Virus record (IMG/VR): IMGVR_UViG_3300045988_107814
Span: 154,922 to 218,921 of that record
Source: a virus
DNA: 64,000 nt
Strand: one strand, 5' to 3'
The notes under the pieces were generated by a model. It saw only the letters and a list, made by a program, of their open reading frames with translations, did not search any database and was not told where the DNA came from. Below, one piece after another: positions 1 through 9,493 of the stretch; the stretch's first letter is position 1, and every line of letters starts with the position of its first letter. The position numbers and the translations under genes were made by a program.

Positions 1-136
1 GATGGTTCTGCGACAGACATGATAACTTTCTTGATAGCATCTACGATATCATACTCGCTTCTTATATAAAGCTTTTCATTAAACGGTTCTCTGAAAAGTC
101 TAGAATATTCAGCGAGCATAACTTTTGGGTTAATCA
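1..136 (-). CDS. hypothetical protein, N-terminal part only (gene runs off the window start)
   Basis: ATG at 136-134 overlaps the stop of the upstream gene (ATGATTAA arrangement). Frame stays open to base 1 (MINPKVMLAEYSRLFREPFNEKLY...). Truncated, so absent from the ORF track. Confidence 0.5.
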
Positions 137-858
137 TTATCATCATCTCCTAACTTTATCGGTCCTTCCTTAGAGAGAGCGTTGTTGATATAATCTACAT
201 ATTTATTATCATTAACACCATCTCCAATCCAAGGAAATACTAATGTCTTTCCAATAGGATTAGCTACATTAGGATTCATATCTTGAATTACTAGTGTAGC
301 TCTTATATCCAATTTACCACAGATAGCTTCAGCCTTACCAGCAGTAATACTGTTACCTGAAAACTTTCTTTTATCATTATTAAAGTCAGGACCAAATCTT
401 TCAGCATAATTATTGATATTACAATGTTTAGCAGCAACGGCAGATTTAACTGCAAACATCAATGCTGTGTCATTAGTCTGATCAATATTAGGTGTGAATG
501 CTTCATCACTAGATACAAGATGATTATATTCATCTTTAGATATCTTTTCTTTTGCATCCAATATATCCTGGAACGTAGATGCTGAACCAAAATATGCTAA
601 ATGAGAATCTGAATAATTTTGTTTATCTTCTTCTGTAATTGGATAAACCATTGTCATAAAGATAGCACCATTAATATAAACACCAGGCTTACTATAATCA
701 ATACCTGTGTTTGAATAGAATGGTAAAATATATCCATTGATATGAAGAGCTGTATTACAATCAATACAACAATTCATATAGTCTTTAGAAAACATGTCAC
801 TCTGTTCTATTACTTCATAAATCTTACCATTTATAAAGGCTTTATTTTTTGCAACCAT
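130..858 (-). CDS. hypothetical protein
   Basis: ORF 130-903. Start moved to ATG 858 (MVAKNKAF...), which has GGAGA about 8 nt upstream; ATG 903 lies inside the upstream terminator hairpin. Confidence 0.75.
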   Translation of the reverse strand: MVAKNKAFINGKIYEVIEQSDMFSKDYMNCCIDCNTALHINGYILPFYSNTGIDYSKPGVYINGAIFMTMVYPITEEDKQNYSDSHLAYFGSASTFQDILDAKEKISKDEYNHLVSSDEAFTPNIDQTNDTALMFAVKSAVAAKHCNINNYAERFGPDFNNDKRKFSGNSITAGKAEAICGKLDIRATLVIQDMNPNVANPIGKTLVFPWIGDGVNDNKYVDYINNALSKEGPIKLGDDDND

Positions 859-888
859 TTTAGATTTCTCCTTTTTTATTAAAAATAA

Positions 889-919
889 AGCACCTGCCGA
901 CATGAAATCGACAGGTGCT
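889..919 (-). terminator. rho-independent terminator after gene 948-1688
   Basis: AGCACCTGCCGA / TCGACAGGTGCT inverted repeat with a 7-nt loop, followed on the minus strand by TTATTTTTAAT. Confidence 0.7.
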
Positions 920-947
920 ATTATTTTATCAAGCTATGTTAAAGGTT

Positions 948-1688
948 TTAGCTATTCATATCATTGCTACCCTTTGCGATAGCTTTCATTTCTTCGCCGA
1001 ACTGAATAGAAATGTTCTTGACATCCTTTACAACTTCGACAGAACCAGTTGCTACAACAACCAAAGAATTGCTATATTCTTCGTCACTCATCTGATCATT
1101 GTAAACTCCGATATAACCATCAATGATCAGTTCAACGATCTCATCGGTCTTTGCGTTAACATCAAACCAATGGTACAAAGTTTCAAATGCCTGCATAGTC
1201 AGCGTATAGATCATCTTCTCGTCGCTGATTGCATAGTTGTATGTCTTACAGAGAGTATTGTTGAAAATCTCCCAATAAGTCATGTTGCGTTCTTCGTCTT
1301 TAAAGTCGGTATAGTTTATCAACTTATCCTTGCTAATGTTCTTGATGTCAGCCGGATCGAAAGTGATATTATAGAAATAATTCTCACCATCGGCATCGTA
1401 ATCACTGACACAAGCTGCGATAAATTCACCTGTTTCTTTCTGAAATACAAGTGCTGCTTTTGCCTTGCACTTGAAGAAAGATGTGCTCATGATATCAGCA
1501 CAAGTCTTGATTACATTTGCAAAGCAGTCAACGCTGCTATTGAAATGTGAACGTGGTGCAGGATTCAGACTAAGCTGAACTTTGATTTCTTCTCCTGTGA
1601 TTTTGTTTACAAAGCTAGGTGCTGCTGTTTCTACAGCACATTTATAGCTCTGTGGAATTGTTGATTCTCTCAAATAAATAGTACTCAT
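948..1688 (-). CDS. hypothetical protein (relatively GC-rich codon usage, possibly abundant)
   Basis: 246-aa ORF with GAGGAGG SD upstream of ATG 1688. The antisense ORF 915-1550 lacks an SD and is Cys/Phe/Ile-rich. Confidence 0.8.
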   Translation of the reverse strand: MSTIYLRESTIPQSYKCAVETAAPSFVNKITGEEIKVQLSLNPAPRSHFNSSVDCFANVIKTCADIMSTSFFKCKAKAALVFQKETGEFIAACVSDYDADGENYFYNITFDPADIKNISKDKLINYTDFKDEERNMTYWEIFNNTLCKTYNYAISDEKMIYTLTMQAFETLYHWFDVNAKTDEIVELIIDGYIGVYNDQMSDEEYSNSLVVVATGSVEVVKDVKNISIQFGEEMKAIAKGSNDMNS

Positions 1689-1724
1689 CGTTAAAGTACC
1701 TCCTCAAAAATATTTTATATTGAT

Positions 1725-1742
1725 AGAGACATGTGTGTCTCT
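1725..1742 (-). terminator. short hairpin between ligase and downstream gene (weak terminator or processing site)
   Basis: AGAGACA tgtg TGTCTCT, 7-bp stem, no clear T-run. Confidence 0.35.
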
Positions 1743-1792
1743 TATCGTTTATATGATATATATTTATATCTTTGTTTAACATGTGTTAAAAT

Positions 1793-4114
1793 TTAAACTT
1801 CACTAAGGTATGAAGACTCATTAAGTCTGAACTCATCAAGAGTAAGAATCTTAACTCCATACTTATTAGCTTTATCCACCTTTGATGAAGTATAACCAAC
1901 AAATGGAATCAACAAGAAGTCTGTTGTTTTTGTAACAGAACCTTCAGAACAATCATGACCTTGAATACTCAATCTGTTCTCAAGTTCCTTATCTCTTACA
2001 CCAGAGAATCTGATAGTCTTACATAAAGTTACCTTATCATTCTCTAGTCCTTTACTTGTAATAACATTTGGCATATTGTTACAAATATATACTAGATCTT
2101 TGATAAAGAACTGTCGCTCTTTGATAATAGTAGTGGCTGTTTTAGGACCGATACCCCTACCGCTATTCTCAAGTTTATAATATAATGACATATCACTATC
2201 TGTTGCAAGTTCATGCAATGACACTTTCTTCAAGATTAGTTTCCATTTCTTGTCTCCAATATCAGAGAAACCAAGAGAACCAAGCAGAATATAATCTGGT
2301 ACTTTAGAATCATATAAATGATCAATAGCCTTGATTAGATTTTCTGCATTTGTAGGACCAAGTGCCTTTGCTCTTTCTTCAGTCATTGACATAAGATCGT
2401 TAAATGATGTTAAATTAAGGGTCTTAATAGTTTCTTCAGAGAATCCTTTAAATCCTAATTTATTAACCATATTAACTACTCTTGCCCTTGTTCTACCTGG
2501 ACAACCAATATTACTACAGAATACACTTTTACTTGTATCTGATACAGATAACGGTTGACCACATTCTGGACAATTAGTAATAAATCCAAAAGGTTTCAAT
2601 GGATTGAAATCATTCTCAGGTACATTAGCTTTGTGGACATATGCCATTACATCATTAGTAAATTCAATTTCCAAGATATCATTAGGTCTTAGATTTAACT
2701 TCATGAATCTAGCATAACTATGACCAGAACTCTTTGTGTTGATCATACCATAAAACTCTACTGGATCATAATGAATCATCGGTGTTATATCGCCAGTAGC
2801 ACCAACAGTATAACTAATTCCTCTACAACGAGTAAGTTTCTTTTTGGTTTGAAACTTAATTGCAATAGAATACTCATTAATTGAATTAGATCTACCAAGA
2901 GTTTTTCTAATTTGAGGATCTAGATAAGATACAACTACTCCATCATACATAAATGGAAGAACATCTCTTACTGCTTGTGCTTCTTCTACGAATTTCTTTA
3001 CTAAGAATAATACCTTGTTATAATCTCCACGAACAACTGTATATCTACAAGGTTCACCAGTAGCATAATATTTGTTCATGAATTCAAGCTCTACATCTCT
3101 AGTCATATTATCATGACTTGTCTGCAATGGAACTAAAGTAATATACTTAGCATATTTTGAAGCCTTAGAATTACCAAGAATACCAATAATAGCATTTCTT
3201 GCATTTGCATACGTTTTACCACATTCTGCATTGAGCTGTCTGATAGCATTATACGAAATAACTGCTTCAAACTTCATACCAAATGGTTTAATATCAAATT
3301 TACCTACAGACTTAGTAAAGGTATATCCTTGAAGAATAGATGTCAGATCAGATGCTTTATCCATTTGGGTTTCACCTCTGGTTCTAGCACTTAATACTTT
3401 ATCTGTTACTTCAGCTTCGATACTAACACCATCATATTTAAGCTCTAACACAAGCTCAATATAGTTTGGATTTATGATTCCTGCTTGTACATGTTTTCTC
3501 AAGAAATCTCTTTCAAATACACGTACATTGGGGTCATTATAAACTCCACAATTAATAGCTTCGCTATCCAATACAAACTTAGCTTTGTGAAGTGTTCCAA
3601 CCAATTGAGGATACTTATGACTAGTATTTCTCAATCTCTTGGAAATAGTTTTATTCTCTTGAGAATCTACAAATTTAGATTGACCATAAGAATTACGTTT
3701 AGTAAGTTCATTACCGAATAAAAATCCATTTGTATTCATATAAGGTTGAAACTCAAACAATGATCCTTTAGGTTCTTCATCAACAAACTCTACATCAGAC
3801 GTAGAGAAGTTTGTTAATTCTACTGGTTCTGCACCTACTTGAAAATTTGGATTATATCTCTTATACTTTTCAAGAAGCATATCATAAACACCATCTTCAA
3901 GAACGAGAATACTTCTATCAGTGTTGTTATAGATAATATTAGAGATATGCAAGATATCATCTACAATACCTTGCTCAACTTCTGTCAGTGGTTCTTTGTT
4001 TAATAGATATACAATATAGCTATTAATATTAGCGATGACATCTTGTGTTAAACAAGATGCATCACCAGCTAACAGTTTTTCCACAATTGAATGCATAGGT
4101 GAAATGTTGTTCAT
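1793..4114 (-). CDS. ligA: NAD-dependent (LigA-type) DNA ligase
   Basis: Adenylation motif LELKYDGVSIE (KxDG). C4 zinc finger CPECGQPL...CSNIGCPG. HhH element GRGIGPKTA. BRCT-like C-terminus. Size and domain order as in bacterial LigA. ATGA overlap with the upstream gene. Confidence 0.88.
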   Translation of the reverse strand: MNNISPMHSIVEKLLAGDASCLTQDVIANINSYIVYLLNKEPLTEVEQGIVDDILHISNIIYNNTDRSILVLEDGVYDMLLEKYKRYNPNFQVGAEPVELTNFSTSDVEFVDEEPKGSLFEFQPYMNTNGFLFGNELTKRNSYGQSKFVDSQENKTISKRLRNTSHKYPQLVGTLHKAKFVLDSEAINCGVYNDPNVRVFERDFLRKHVQAGIINPNYIELVLELKYDGVSIEAEVTDKVLSARTRGETQMDKASDLTSILQGYTFTKSVGKFDIKPFGMKFEAVISYNAIRQLNAECGKTYANARNAIIGILGNSKASKYAKYITLVPLQTSHDNMTRDVELEFMNKYYATGEPCRYTVVRGDYNKVLFLVKKFVEEAQAVRDVLPFMYDGVVVSYLDPQIRKTLGRSNSINEYSIAIKFQTKKKLTRCRGISYTVGATGDITPMIHYDPVEFYGMINTKSSGHSYARFMKLNLRPNDILEIEFTNDVMAYVHKANVPENDFNPLKPFGFITNCPECGQPLSVSDTSKSVFCSNIGCPGRTRARVVNMVNKLGFKGFSEETIKTLNLTSFNDLMSMTEERAKALGPTNAENLIKAIDHLYDSKVPDYILLGSLGFSDIGDKKWKLILKKVSLHELATDSDMSLYYKLENSGRGIGPKTATTIIKERQFFIKDLVYICNNMPNVITSKGLENDKVTLCKTIRFSGVRDKELENRLSIQGHDCSEGSVTKTTDFLLIPFVGYTSSKVDKANKYGVKILTLDEFRLNESSYLSEV

Positions 4115-6360
4115 TTATTTTCATCTCCCATAAATTTAAACAATTGTCCTTGTACTTTGTTTACTGGGACGAACAAAGCGTCGATATCTGGATTGTTATC
4201 ATAAGGTACAAACAATTTAGATTGTGCCTCATTAACATCAGTAAACAGACCATTTGAATCCCAGCCAACAAAATAGAACAATGTGTCTTGTTGTTCTGTC
4301 GCAATGTCATTATACTTAATAGGAACTTTCTTAAATTCACAAGCAACACCCATGACTTTAAGAGTTGCATTAAGAATTTCTGCACTGCGAGACTTACCAT
4401 CCTCATCCAATACTACATTGAATTCATATGATTCAAGCATATTCTTACTACCTCTTCTTGCTTGAGGAGAAGTACTATAAATCATAAGAACTGTAACATT
4501 GACTTCAGGCCCCATAAGCATATAGATATTTTGCTCCATCTCACCATTTCTAATAGGTGTATTAGATGTAACACGCATAAACATCTTTGCTGCTTTTGAT
4601 TTAGAGTTTAGACCTCTTACATTGGTTGCAGACATAGAAGTAGCAGAATGTTTTTCTTCCGAATTCTGCTTCATTCTATATATATACTGCTTTGCAACAA
4701 TACTAGGTTTATTACTCTTTACCCATCTAGTATTTCCTCTAGAATCTTTGATAGGCACAATTGTAAATACAGGTTTGATCCATGGGAATGTATTATATAA
4801 TTCCACCAAAGTATCAAATGACACTGCATCTGAAATAGGTTCAAGAGGAATATATAATCCATCTGAATCTTCTGTTAAACAACTTACAACATTAAAACAA
4901 GCTTCTTGATCATTAATACTACTATCGATAGCATCCATAAAATATCTATCCCAATCATCTGATAAAATGCTAAAATACTCGTGCAATAATCCAACACACA
5001 TTTCAACATCAAATGACATAGTAGCCATATATCTGATGATATTCTCAGATATAAAGTTAAGCGATACCTCGTTCAACTGACCATTATTAAGTCGGTTTAC
5101 ACAAGTTGCCAAATTCCAAATGACATCAACAGGTTTACCTATATCTCCATCATCTACTCTTGGCATTTCGTTATCTTCTCTTACTTTTGAAATTACACCT
5201 TTACCGCCATATCTAGAAGTGATTTTATCACCTTCTTTTACAGGAAGACTTTCATATACAACCACTTCTACATAGATATTAGAGAATACATTGTCTTTAA
5301 AATACAATTTACCAGATAATACATCCTCACAAGTAGTATATAATTTGCTAAGTCTATGACTTTTCTTATACATAGAATTGTCAATATAATTCTTAAGAAG
5401 ATTACAAACTTCCGTACAAAATCTCTTGTTGTCCTTTACATAGAATTCTAATTGACCTTCATAGATTCCATTTGGAGTTTCTGAAATATCCTTATTACAA
5501 TACACATTGATATCAATTACTTTACCTTTAGCTTTGTAAGTAATATCATTAATCAATGTAGTCTTGAGTCTTTCTGCGGCTTGAGAGAAGAATATTTCAT
5601 CATTTCTTTCTGTTCTCACACCACAAACAATACCTTTCTTGATATCCTCACCAATGTCTGGAATGATCTTATAAATATTATCATCGCCATATAAGTTAAG
5701 AGGAATATCGTTATCGTTAATCAGAAATGCTATTTTCTTTATTTCTGGTCTTGATAATTTTTGAGATGCTGATCTAGAAATCTCAATAGCGTCTTCTGTA
5801 GTCTCTGCATCAGAAACATACATAACTCTAAGATTTCTACCAGCCATATAGTTATCAGCATCGTCAAATGATTTAGATTTCTTGACAGTTTTCCCTAAAG
5901 GGATAACATCATTGACATTCAAACTATCAAGATAGTCGTTGTTATACAAGAATCCATAAGATTCTGTATTATGACAATATGATACTCTTTCAATAACGTC
6001 CATATTATTATTCTCGTCTATTACAAACAGATAATAATGGTGTCCAGGACGATTAGAGAATTTTTCAATCTTCGCAATCACAGACCAAGCTCTGTCCGCT
6101 TTAATAAACGAAGATGAATGTTGTCCAAATAAGTTTTCGTATCCAGTACTGATATACGGTACTTCTGCATTTTCTAAGCAAACATGTTGCTGATAATGTT
6201 GAGAAAACATAGCTTTTCTTGATGCAGAGTTAGCGGCTTCAAACGGCATGTTCAAGCCTATACCCAACATTTTTTCCATGTTTCCATCATCATACTTTTC
6301 TGACGCTGCCATTATATGCTTATCAATATTGGCATCATCATATAACTTTTGATACTCCAT
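4111..6360 (-). CDS. multisubunit RNA polymerase beta subunit, C-terminal half fragment
   Basis: Colinear with the bacterial RpoB C-half. ANSASRKAMFSQHYQQ matches ANRALMGANMQRQ, GRNLRVMYV...EDAIEIS matches GQNMRVAFMPW...EDSILVS, GDKITSRYGGKGVISKV matches GDKMAGRHGNKGVISKI, and RNGEMEQNIY matches RFGEMEVWAL. Confidence 0.9.
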   Translation of the reverse strand: MEYQKLYDDANIDKHIMAASEKYDDGNMEKMLGIGLNMPFEAANSASRKAMFSQHYQQHVCLENAEVPYISTGYENLFGQHSSSFIKADRAWSVIAKIEKFSNRPGHHYYLFVIDENNNMDVIERVSYCHNTESYGFLYNNDYLDSLNVNDVIPLGKTVKKSKSFDDADNYMAGRNLRVMYVSDAETTEDAIEISRSASQKLSRPEIKKIAFLINDNDIPLNLYGDDNIYKIIPDIGEDIKKGIVCGVRTERNDEIFFSQAAERLKTTLINDITYKAKGKVIDINVYCNKDISETPNGIYEGQLEFYVKDNKRFCTEVCNLLKNYIDNSMYKKSHRLSKLYTTCEDVLSGKLYFKDNVFSNIYVEVVVYESLPVKEGDKITSRYGGKGVISKVREDNEMPRVDDGDIGKPVDVIWNLATCVNRLNNGQLNEVSLNFISENIIRYMATMSFDVEMCVGLLHEYFSILSDDWDRYFMDAIDSSINDQEACFNVVSCLTEDSDGLYIPLEPISDAVSFDTLVELYNTFPWIKPVFTIVPIKDSRGNTRWVKSNKPSIVAKQYIYRMKQNSEEKHSATSMSATNVRGLNSKSKAAKMFMRVTSNTPIRNGEMEQNIYMLMGPEVNVTVLMIYSTSPQARRGSKNMLESYEFNVVLDEDGKSRSAEILNATLKVMGVACEFKKVPIKYNDIATEQQDTLFYFVGWDSNGLFTDVNEAQSKLFVPYDNNPDIDALFVPVNKVQGQLFKFMGDENK

Positions 6361-6393
6361 GAAATTTCAACTCCTTAAATTTAATATGATTTA

Positions 6394-6421
6394 GTATGAA
6401 GATGATTGCTCATCTTCATAC
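6394..6421 (-). terminator. strong 12-bp hairpin between recombinase and RNAP beta genes (attenuator or processing site; no T-run)
   Basis: GTATGAAGATGA ttgc TCATCTTCATAC. Confidence 0.4.
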
Positions 6422-6440
6422 TTATAATATACACTTTATA

Positions 6441-7724
6441 TTAGTTTTGATTAGAATTCATCTGTCTGATCTTATCCATAATAGAAGTAGTAGCCGTAGA
6501 AGATTGAAGTCTAGATGCTTCTTCCAGATACGACAATTCATTATACAGATAAGTTACACATTCAGTTTCAAAGATATCTAAGAATTCTGGATCTGTAATA
6601 AGCTTATTTTTAAACTGCTTTTGAGAGAATTTCTTATCATCTCTTTCACCAAAATACAGATATGCACCAGCACCTTTAACTCTTCCTGCATTCTTAAGCA
6701 TCATATACAATGACAAGTCAGGATCAAATCCAGTTTTATAATTAAGAACAAGATCAACAGCAGAACTCATTCCACTTGCACCAGCTCTAGACTTTACATT
6801 TGATACAATTACATGAGCACCATCAATACCGAATTCCTTATCTGCCGTAAGTTTATCACTATCATCAATTCTAAATACATTATTAGCGAGATAGAGAGGA
6901 GTTACACCACCAGGAATAGTTTCGTCTTGCTTCAGGAATGCTGTCTGAGATTTAGTATGCTTAAATACATTAATTTCTACCTTTTGTGTAATATGGTTTA
7001 CACTAAGGATAATGATATTTGCTTCTTTGATAAGCTGATTACATCTTCTAAACAACTGAGCCAATGCTTTAGCTGTAGCAGTTGTAGACATTTGACCACT
7101 AAGTTGTTCTTCTTCAGATAATTTAGCAGATACAAGCAAAGGAATAGAATCAATAATATAAACAGTCGGCTGGAACTTAGTAATTGACTGTCCATAATCA
7201 TCAACCATACCAGTATCATATCTGAACTTATCTTCGTTAGCAAGCTTTACATCATGAATAGCTTTGATTTGAAGATAAACAGATTCAATTGTAATACCAG
7301 AGTTTCTTACTTTTACTTTAGATTTATACTGTTCTCTAGTGAATCCAGTAAGAGCACTACCTCTTTCATCAAGCATACCACCCTCAAGCAAATCAATAAA
7401 CATAAGCCCATGATCAAAGTTTCTAATAATATTGGCACCAATCTGATATACAAAAGTAGACTTACCACATCCAGATCTACCAATAAACATATTAGAAGTG
7501 CCGTCAAGAATACCTACAGAATCATACTTAACTACACGACCATCACTCAACTTAACAGTTCTTCTGTATCCATTTTTATAATCAAGAGAAAGAAATCCTG
7601 TTGAGTACATTACATCGCTTTCTGCCGTTCTCATAACAGAAATATTTTTGGTTTTAGCTAGACTATCTTGAATTTCTAGCATTAATTCATCAGCATTATT
7701 AGTTAAAACATTTGTATTTGACAT
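6441..7724 (-). CDS. UvsX/RecA-family recombinase
   Basis: Walker A GRSGCGKSTF and Walker B VYIIDSIPLL. The blocks LSVNHITQKV, IPGGVTPLYLAN and NVKSRAG...GFDPDLSLY are colinear with T4 UvsX (IAINHTYETQ, GGGTGPMYSAD, VEKSRTV...GIDPYSGLL). Confidence 0.85.
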   Translation of the reverse strand: MSNTNVLTNNADELMLEIQDSLAKTKNISVMRTAESDVMYSTGFLSLDYKNGYRRTVKLSDGRVVKYDSVGILDGTSNMFIGRSGCGKSTFVYQIGANIIRNFDHGLMFIDLLEGGMLDERGSALTGFTREQYKSKVKVRNSGITIESVYLQIKAIHDVKLANEDKFRYDTGMVDDYGQSITKFQPTVYIIDSIPLLVSAKLSEEEQLSGQMSTTATAKALAQLFRRCNQLIKEANIIILSVNHITQKVEINVFKHTKSQTAFLKQDETIPGGVTPLYLANNVFRIDDSDKLTADKEFGIDGAHVIVSNVKSRAGASGMSSAVDLVLNYKTGFDPDLSLYMMLKNAGRVKGAGAYLYFGERDDKKFSQKQFKNKLITDPEFLDIFETECVTYLYNELSYLEEASRLQSSTATTSIMDKIRQMNSNQN

Positions 7725-7790
7725 AAATAAACCTCCTCAACGTACCTATTGAGTACTTTTATTAAATAGTTTAAATACATGTAAAAAGTA

Positions 7791-7821
7791 ATCCCTCTAC
7801 ATCACTTGGATGTAGAGGGAT
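7791..7821 (-). terminator. rho-independent terminator downstream of the tubulin-like gene
   Basis: ATCCCTCTACAT / ATGTAGAGGGAT 12-bp stem, followed on the minus strand by TACTTTTT. Confidence 0.75.
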
Positions 7822-7875
7822 AGCAGCTTTACAAATAAAATAGAAAGGACTGTCAAAAATTTATTCAGAAACTTG

Positions 7876-7891
7876 ATTTACTTATATGTTA
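7876..7891 (-). promoter_or_regulatory. copy of 16-nt motif TAAC(A/T)N5GTAAA(T/G)
   Basis: Minus strand reads TAACATATAAGTAAAT, 15 nt after the tubulin stop codon. Confidence 0.4.
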
Positions 7892-7905
7892 GTATTATTT
7901 TATTT

Positions 7906-9195
7906 TTAAAAACCGTTCATATCATCTTCAGAATAAGGTTTCTTTTCATCAGACTTCTTTGCTGTGAAACCTTTTTTCTTTTCATAACCACCAGAGACAC
8001 CAGATGTATTGACACGGTTTGTTCTAGATGTAGATGATCTTCTTCTACCAGAACCAGAAGATGTTTCTCCTTCGAAATTAGCAAAGAAATCATTTGTATC
8101 ATCATCTTCAGATTTTTCTTCTTCATGATGTGTTTCTGTTACCATATTAGAAATAGAATCGAAGAAGTCATCCTGCTTTTCAATCTCTTTTCTATTCTGG
8201 TACTTAGTATAGATATCATTAAGTTCATCCTTAGGAAGATTGATACCAGATGCAATAATTCTTACATATTCAGGAAGATCAGATTCACACTGACGATGAA
8301 TAAAGAACTCCTCAATATCTGTATTACCACAAAGCTTCTTTTTAATAGAAGTAAAGTTAGTATCTACAACATCTAGATTATCATCAGAGATATTCATATA
8401 TACACCGATCTTTGTAGCAGATGGTTCGAAATCGAGAGAAGTATTATAGTCAATTGCATCAGATACGATCTGTTCAAACTGAGAAGAATTCTTTAATCTC
8501 TTATCGATATTAACTTCTGTTACAAACATCATACCTGGATTAGTGATTAACTTATAATGGTCTTCATCATCAATATTCTGCTCAGAGTCTACAACATCAT
8601 AAGCACTAATAATCTTAAATGCTTTAGAGATATCATCATTAGCCATCTTTTCAGCAGTAAATGTATTATTAGTTTTATCAAGATACTTCTTATTGGATAC
8701 AGTTCTGATTACAAAATCTCCACCATTAAGATCCTTGAAATATTCAATAGTATTCTGTAATCCTCTTGTATCAGTTTCAAATCCAGTAATCAATGTAATA
8801 ATTACTGGAACTCTCAAATGTTTAGGAATAGCAGTCTTGATAAACTTAGCAAGAATAACGGATGCACCACTACCAGAAGCACCTTCTGTTGTAGCAATGA
8901 TATTTACATATTGATATTTACCTTCAGGAAGTAGGCTAGGAATAGAATTAGGATTCTCTCTAAGATAGTCTAACATAAGACTTTTAGCATATCCTCTATC
9001 CTTACCGCAGCCAGCATTAGGATCTGGATTAATAATAATAGTATTAATATTATTATTACGATATTCATAAGGAATATCTTTCTGTGTGGAGTTTACAATA
9101 CAACAGTCATCAATCTTCAATGTACCTTCTTCAATACAATGAATCATAGCTTTTGTTGCACCTTGACCACAAGCAAAAGTATAAGAGTTGTTCAT
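7906..9195 (-). CDS. FtsZ/tubulin-superfamily GTPase (PhuZ/TubZ/FtsZ-like)
   Basis: Blocks colinear with FtsZ: FACGQGATKAM (T1 GGGGxN region), GCGKDRGYAK (GLGAGANP region), ATTEGASGSGASVILAKF (tubulin signature GGGTGTG), VPVIITLITGFETDTRG and NIDDEDHYKLI (NLDFADV). Low-complexity C-terminal linker ending in SEDDMNGF. Confidence 0.87.
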   Translation of the reverse strand: MNNSYTFACGQGATKAMIHCIEEGTLKIDDCCIVNSTQKDIPYEYRNNNINTIIINPDPNAGCGKDRGYAKSLMLDYLRENPNSIPSLLPEGKYQYVNIIATTEGASGSGASVILAKFIKTAIPKHLRVPVIITLITGFETDTRGLQNTIEYFKDLNGGDFVIRTVSNKKYLDKTNNTFTAEKMANDDISKAFKIISAYDVVDSEQNIDDEDHYKLITNPGMMFVTEVNIDKRLKNSSQFEQIVSDAIDYNTSLDFEPSATKIGVYMNISDDNLDVVDTNFTSIKKKLCGNTDIEEFFIHRQCESDLPEYVRIIASGINLPKDELNDIYTKYQNRKEIEKQDDFFDSISNMVTETHHEEEKSEDDDTNDFFANFEGETSSGSGRRRSSTSRTNRVNTSGVSGGYEKKKGFTAKKSDEKKPYSEDDMNGF

Positions 9196-9201
9196 ATAAA
9201 A

Positions 9202-9345
9202 TTACTCCTTTTCTTTTTTGTCAGATTCTTTTTTCTTATCAGAATCTTCAATATTTTTCTGTTCACTTTCATTAACGGGTGTAAAACCAAACTGACCAGC
9301 TGGATAACCTTGTTCGTTAATTACACCGAATTTGGATTCAGACAT
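9202..9345 (-). CDS. small hypothetical protein (47 aa), translationally coupled to the tubulin-like gene
   Basis: Not in the ORF track (<60 aa). GGAGG 8 nt upstream of ATG 9345. MSESKFGVINEQGYPAGQFGFTPVNESEQKNIEDSDKKKESDKKEKE. Its last codons AAGGAGTAA supply the SD of the next gene. Confidence 0.45.
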   Translation of the reverse strand: MSESKFGVINEQGYPAGQFGFTPVNESEQKNIEDSDKKKESDKKEKE

Positions 9346-9395
9346 TTTTAGTACCTCCTTTTTATTAATTTATATATTAGTTATGATGACAGTAA

Positions 9396-9427
9396 ATATC
9401 CGTATGTGATTTAACACATACGGATAT
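9396..9427 (-). terminator. 13-bp hairpin in the region upstream of the small ORF/tubulin operon
   Basis: ATATCCGTATGTG atttaa CACATACGGATAT; only a weak T tract (TTACTG) follows on the minus strand. Confidence 0.45.
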
Positions 9428-9477
9428 AGAGAATAAAAATGAAAATGTTTAAACTTTACAGGAGAAATCCTTTTTGG

Positions 9478-9493
9478 ATTTACTTATATGTTA
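9478..9493 (-). promoter_or_regulatory. copy of 16-nt motif TAAC(A/T)N5GTAAA(T/G)
   Basis: Minus strand reads TAACATATAAGTAAAT, 8 nt after the stop of gene 9501-10220. Confidence 0.4.

Noticed and set aside
915-1550. 211-aa plus-strand ORF antisense to gene 948-1688
   Set aside because: It has no SD and starts inside a terminator hairpin. Its Cys/Phe/Ile-rich composition is typical of an antisense shadow. The minus-strand ORF has a GAGGAGG SD and a normal composition.
7851-7856. Perfect TTGACA -35 hexamer on the minus strand upstream of the recombinase gene
   Set aside because: The hexamer 17 bp downstream is TGTAAA, a poor -10. A strong terminator follows before the gene. It is probably a chance match in AT-rich DNA.
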